A stretch of 9,651 nt of DNA, taken from assembly GCA_023136205.1 (NCBI GenBank), contig JAGLRQ010000147.1, forward strand, positions 1 to 9,651, given 5' to 3'. The stretch is from Candidatus Auribacterota bacterium. Its GTDB lineage: Bacteria; Auribacterota; UBA6266. The notes under the pieces were generated by a model. That model worked only from the letters and a program-made list of their open reading frames with translations, searched no databases and was not told where the DNA came from. Shown one piece after another: positions 6,092 through 9,651 of this stretch (position 1 is the stretch's first letter; every line of letters begins with the position of its first letter). The position numbers and the translations under genes were made by a program.

Positions 6092-7507
6092 ATGAAGCTC
6101 GAAGAACGATTTAAATTTGGAATATTGCTTATTTTAATAATAATTTTTTCTGGGATTTCCTTTGCCCAAGAAAAGGAAGAGTTAAATCACCCCTTTACTT
6201 TAAAGGAAAGTATCAGTATAGCCTTAAAAAATAATTACGGGTTAAAAGCTGCCTCAGAAAAAATTACCGGTGCCAAAGAAAAAACATGGGAGGCAAAAAC
6301 CTTATTTCTGCCAAAACTGAAAGTAGAATCTTCTTATACCCACTTAAATGAACCCCCGAGTTTAGACTTAGAAGCAGGCGTTCTTACACCACAGGCGCTA
6401 TCAATAGAGATGGGCGATGATAATATATATAACGCTCAGGCCGTGGTTCAACAGCCACTCTTTACAGGAGGGAAAATCCTCTCCTTAAACAAGCAGGCAA
6501 GAAATAATTTAGAAGCCGCGAAATATAATTATGAGGAAGCAGAACAAAACCTGATCTTACAGGTTAAAGAAGCTTATTTTGGGATATTAGTGTTCCAAAA
6601 GTATAGTGAAGTCTGCCGGGATGCGGTAGAGCAGATGAAGGCTCATCTTGAAACAGTAAGAGGCCTTTACAACGCTGGGACTGTTCCTCATATTGACCTT
6701 TTGAGAACAGAGGTACAATTGGCAAATGCAGAGCTGGCTCTTATCAAAGCTGAGAATGGGGTTGAGTTAGCAAAGTCTTCATTTAACACTATATTAGACA
6801 GAGACTTGAATTTGCCCGTGGAAGTAGTTGATGTATTTGAGATTGTAGAACAAGATTATCACCTGGGCCAATTACTTGGAGAAGCTAAAAACAATCGGCC
6901 TGAGATCTATAAAATGAGACACAATATCGAGACGGCTAGAGCGGGTGTTGGAGCAGCTCAAAGTAATTACTGGCCGCAAGTAGGGCTTTTTGGAAACTAC
7001 AGACAGCATAGAGGTGATGAACCCATTATAGAGTGGAAAGAAGATTGGATGGTGGGAGTAAAAGCTACCATGGATATCTGGAATTGGGGTGAAACTAAAG
7101 CCCGGGTAGGCCAGGCAAAAGCCGCTTTAAGAGAATTAGAACATCTTGAAGCCCAGCTTAAAGATGGGATTGCTTTGGAGGTAAAAGCCGCCCTTTTAAG
7201 CTTAGAAGAAGCTAAAAAAGGGATCAGGATATCCAAAAAGGCGGTAATCCATGCCGAAGAAAGTTTAAATAGTGCGGAAACTGGTTATAAAAACGGCCGG
7301 ATAAATAATGTAGAAGTGTTAGATTCTCAACTTGCTTTAACTCACGCCAGGACAAATAATCTTCAGGCAAAATATAACTATATTTTGAGCCAGGCAAGAT
7401 TAGGAAAAGCTATAGGATCATCTACTGACCTGTCCTCCGACTTGTTCTCCGGAGCTTTAGCGAAGGGAGGAGCCTTGGTGAAGACAGAAAAATCAGGAGG
7501 CGAATGA
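6092..7507 (+). CDS. TolC-family outer membrane efflux channel (OMF)
   Basis: The signal peptide MKLEERFKFGILLILIIIFSGISFA is followed by QE. The product shows typical OMF sequence (LTLKESISIALKNNYGLKAA, QPLFTGGKI, LYNAGTVPHIDLLRTEVQLA) and a two-repeat architecture, at 471 aa. It sits immediately upstream of the MFP and RND genes. Confidence 0.88.
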   Translation: MKLEERFKFGILLILIIIFSGISFAQEKEELNHPFTLKESISIALKNNYGLKAASEKITGAKEKTWEAKTLFLPKLKVESSYTHLNEPPSLDLEAGVLTPQALSIEMGDDNIYNAQAVVQQPLFTGGKILSLNKQARNNLEAAKYNYEEAEQNLILQVKEAYFGILVFQKYSEVCRDAVEQMKAHLETVRGLYNAGTVPHIDLLRTEVQLANAELALIKAENGVELAKSSFNTILDRDLNLPVEVVDVFEIVEQDYHLGQLLGEAKNNRPEIYKMRHNIETARAGVGAAQSNYWPQVGLFGNYRQHRGDEPIIEWKEDWMVGVKATMDIWNWGETKARVGQAKAALRELEHLEAQLKDGIALEVKAALLSLEEAKKGIRISKKAVIHAEESLNSAETGYKNGRINNVEVLDSQLALTHARTNNLQAKYNYILSQARLGKAIGSSTDLSSDLFSGALAKGGALVKTEKSGGE

Positions 7508-7509
7508 TT

Positions 7510-8433
7510 ATGAAAAAATTTGTAATTTTGATATTGATAGGTTTCTTAGTGCTGCTTGGCAGCCTTAGGATTATTAAGGGTATAAGAAGTAATAATGATA
7601 AGAGCCAACAAGAGGCAGGCATTCCCACAGTTAAAGTAGCTCAGGTTATAAAAGGTGAAGTTGAAGATAAGATATCTTGCGTAGGCAACATTGCCGGCCG
7701 GGAAATGGTGACGTTGATGAGCAAGATTTCAGGGAAGATTGACAGCTTCCTTGTTAAGGAAGGCGATATTGTAAAAAAAGATGATGTCATGGTCTTGATT
7801 GACAGGGATATAGAAGGGATGAAATATGAAAAGGCCTCGATTAAATCCCCGATTGATGGAATAGTGATGAAGAAATTTTTAGATAAAGGCGCCCAGGTTG
7901 AACCAAGTGTAAGTCCGCTAATGAGAGTTCCGGTAATTATGGTGGCTAATATTAATGCAGTGAAAGTATTGGTAAATGTTTCTGAAAAATATTTGGGCAG
8001 GTTAAAAGAAACAGCCGAGGCAAAGGTTAAGGTAGATGCATATCCCGACGAGGCTTTTCTTGGCAAGATTACAAGGATTGCTCCTATGGTTGACCTTGCT
8101 ACACGGACAGCCGAGGTAGAAATAGAAATTTCTAATGAAGAGCATCGGCTTAAGCCGGGAATGTTTGCCCGGGTGAACCTTATATTAGAGAAGAAAGAAA
8201 GTGCGCTCATTGTGCCCATTAAGGCAGTGCTTAGCGAAAATAATCGCAAAGTTGTCTTTATTGTTAATGGTTCTATTGCCCACAAGAAAGAAGTAAAGAC
8301 AGGAATATATCAAAAAGATTCTGTTGAGATTATAGAAGGACTAAATGAAGGCGAAAATGTAATTATAGAGGGAAACTATGGCCTTAAGGATGGCGCGAAT
8401 GTCCTTATGGAAACCAGAGGAAATATCCAATGA
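7510..8433 (+). CDS. RND efflux periplasmic adaptor (membrane fusion protein, HlyD/AcrA family), hairpin-less variant
   Basis: It has an N-terminal membrane anchor (FVILILIGFLVLLGSL). The lipoyl half-motifs are SGKIDSFLVKEGDIVKKDDVMVLID and SIKSPIDGIVMKKFLDKGAQV, followed by beta-barrel and membrane-proximal segments (LKPGMFARVNL, ALIVPIKAV). AGGAGG at 7495-7500 is 9 nt from the ATG at 7510. The in-frame ATG at 7504 (ATGA overlap with the tolC stop) is the alternative start. Confidence 0.88.
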   Translation: MKKFVILILIGFLVLLGSLRIIKGIRSNNDKSQQEAGIPTVKVAQVIKGEVEDKISCVGNIAGREMVTLMSKISGKIDSFLVKEGDIVKKDDVMVLIDRDIEGMKYEKASIKSPIDGIVMKKFLDKGAQVEPSVSPLMRVPVIMVANINAVKVLVNVSEKYLGRLKETAEAKVKVDAYPDEAFLGKITRIAPMVDLATRTAEVEIEISNEEHRLKPGMFARVNLILEKKESALIVPIKAVLSENNRKVVFIVNGSIAHKKEVKTGIYQKDSVEIIEGLNEGENVIIEGNYGLKDGANVLMETRGNIQ

Positions 8434-9651
8434 GACTTCCTGAATTTTCTGTCAATCGTTCAGTTACGGTTTTGATGTTGATCGGCATTATTGTCGTTTT
8501 GGGGGTAATATCTTTATCCAGATTAACTGTAGAGGTTATGCCTGATTTAACCTATCCTACGGCCTCGGTTATTACCACATATGAAGGCGCTGCCTCTGAA
8601 GATATAGAAACATTGGTCACCAAGCCCATTGAGGCAGCAGTAAGCAAAGTTAAGAATGTTAAGACCGTGGATTCTGTCTCCCAGGAAGAAATTTCCATTA
8701 TAATGGTAGAGTTTGAGTGGGGCACTAATGTCGATTTTGCTGCCCAGGATATGCGCGATGCCATTGGGGTAGTTGAAGACTTTCTCCCTGAAGGTATAGA
8801 TAACCCTATTGTTATCAAGTTTGATCCATCAATTATTCCCATCATCGCTTTGGGAATTACCGGAGAAAGAGATTTAAGAGATTTAAGGACGTTAGTTAAG
8901 GACCAGATAAAAGACCGTCTTGAGATGGTTGATGGTGTTGCCACTTGTATGATTATGGGTGGAAGGGAAAGGGAGATTCAGGTAAGGATTGATAAAGAAA
9001 AACTTAGGGCGCTCAACATCCCAATTCAACAGGTAATATCTACTTTGAGATATGAGAATCTTGATCTCTCCGGCGGACATGTTACCAGGGGCTATACAGA
9101 GTATCTTTTGCGCACATTGGGAGAATTTGAAAACTTAGTCCAGATAAGAAATACAGTAATTACTGTCAGGGAGCAAAAGCCGGTATATCTAAAGGATTTT
9201 GCCGAAGTCTATGATACCCATACTGAGGTCCGAAATTATAGCCGCACCAATAAAAAGAACGGCCTTATATTAGCAGTTACCAAGGAATCGGGAGCAAATG
9301 ACCTAAAGGTAGTAAATGGCATAAAGAAAAAATTAAAGGAGCTAAAAAAAGACCTCCCATCTGATATTAAGATATACACTGCCTTAGATCAGGGAAGAAT
9401 TACTCAACTGATGATTTCTACCACTGCCAGTGATTGTTTCTGGGGTGGACTTTTAGCGGTTATAATTCTTTTTATATTCTTGCGCAACTGGAGGCCAACC
9501 CTGGCCATTGCCTTATCTATCCCCTTATCTATCTTAGCTACCTTTATCGCTGTGTATTTCGCGGGTTTCAGCCTGAATATAATGACCATGAGCGGCCTTG
9601 CCCTGGGTGTAGGTATGCTTGTTTCTAATGCCATTATTGTTATTGAAAATA
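8430..9651 (+). CDS. RND efflux transporter inner-membrane permease (AcrB/HAE1-like), 3'-truncated by window edge
   Basis: This gene is not in the supplied ORF track because it has no stop in the window. I translated it manually from the ATG at 8430 (ATGA overlap with the MFP stop), and the frame is open for 407 codons to the window end. The product reads MRLPEFSVNRSVTVLMLIGIIVVLGVISLSRLTVEVMPDLTYPTASVITTYEGAASEDIE...FLRNWRPTLAIALSIPLSILATFIAVYFAGFSLNIMTMSGLALGVGMLVSNAIIVIENI. This covers AcrB-like TM1, the first periplasmic loop and TM2-TM4. Confidence 0.9.
   Translation, partial: MRLPEFSVNRSVTVLMLIGIIVVLGVISLSRLTVEVMPDLTYPTASVITTYEGAASEDIETLVTKPIEAAVSKVKNVKTVDSVSQEEISIIMVEFEWGTNVDFAAQDMRDAIGVVEDFLPEGIDNPIVIKFDPSIIPIIALGITGERDLRDLRTLVKDQIKDRLEMVDGVATCMIMGGREREIQVRIDKEKLRALNIPIQQVISTLRYENLDLSGGHVTRGYTEYLLRTLGEFENLVQIRNTVITVREQKPVYLKDFAEVYDTHTEVRNYSRTNKKNGLILAVTKESGANDLKVVNGIKKKLKELKKDLPSDIKIYTALDQGRITQLMISTTASDCFWGGLLAVIILFIFLRNWRPTLAIALSIPLSILATFIAVYFAGFSLNIMTMSGLALGVGMLVSNAIIVIEN

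Noticed and set aside
7420-7507. Low-complexity C-terminal tail of the TolC-family protein (SSTDLSSDLFSGALAKGGALVKTEKSGGE) as a special domain
   Set aside because: OMF proteins often carry variable, unstructured C-terminal extensions. There is no motif or repeat to support a distinct function.
5052-7628. Minus-strand ORFs 5052-5303, 6997-7236 and 7422-7628
   Set aside because: They are antisense to the GNAT, TolC and TolC/MFP genes. They are short, have no motifs and no RBS context.
7641-8285. 214-aa minus-strand ORF antisense to the adaptor gene
   Set aside because: It lies entirely inside a + strand gene with clear family motifs. Its translation is low-complexity Ser/Thr/Leu/Ile-rich with no recognisable domain and no evident RBS. 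This is a typical antisense shadow ORF in AT-rich DNA.
8552-9634. ORFs 8552-8944(-), 8892-9080(-), 9404-9634(-) and 9434-9628(+) listed in the track
   Set aside because: All lie within the long open frame (8430 to the window end) that encodes an unmistakable AcrB-like protein. They are out-of-frame or antisense artefacts, listed only because the real gene lacks a stop in the window.
1-9651. Mobile elements, CRISPR arrays, tRNA/rRNA genes, defence-system genes and long direct or inverted repeats
   Set aside because: None was seen. All sizeable ORFs are accounted for by metabolic, transport or regulatory families. No transposase, integrase or nuclease-like translation was seen, and no repeat-spacer periodicity. 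The only short tandem noticed (GCTAAC x2 at about 2218-2230) simply encodes ANAN within the SBP.

Overview
The window holds ten co-directional (+ strand) genes in two operons, split by the only real intergenic gap (5356-5466). The DNA is AT-rich by eye (not computed). A TolC-family gene indicates a diderm bacterium, and NifB plus a [2Fe-2S] ferredoxin suggest an anaerobe. Operon 1 (1-5355) starts with a 5'-truncated NifB-type radical SAM gene. It continues, with overlapping or nearly abutting junctions, through a thioredoxin-like [2Fe-2S] ferredoxin, a DUF364-like Rossmann protein, a three-gene NitT/TauT-type ABC importer and a two-domain GNAT acetyltransferase. Operon 2 (5467 to the window end) is tetR-tolC-mfp-rnd, a tripartite RND efflux system; the RND gene runs off the 3' edge and is absent from the supplied ORF track. 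The best candidate for something undescribed is the NifB-linked module of DUF364, a non-ModA importer and GNAT. It may supply a metal, carry a cluster, or feed substrate to a nitrogenase or nitrogenase-like enzyme encoded upstream. The efflux pump is atypical in two ways. Its adaptor has no alpha-helical hairpin, and the RND TM4 motif reads Ser-Asn where AcrB has the proton-relay pair Asp-Asp. I saw no tRNA or rRNA genes, CRISPR arrays, transposases or long repeats. All listed minus-strand ORFs look like antisense shadows.
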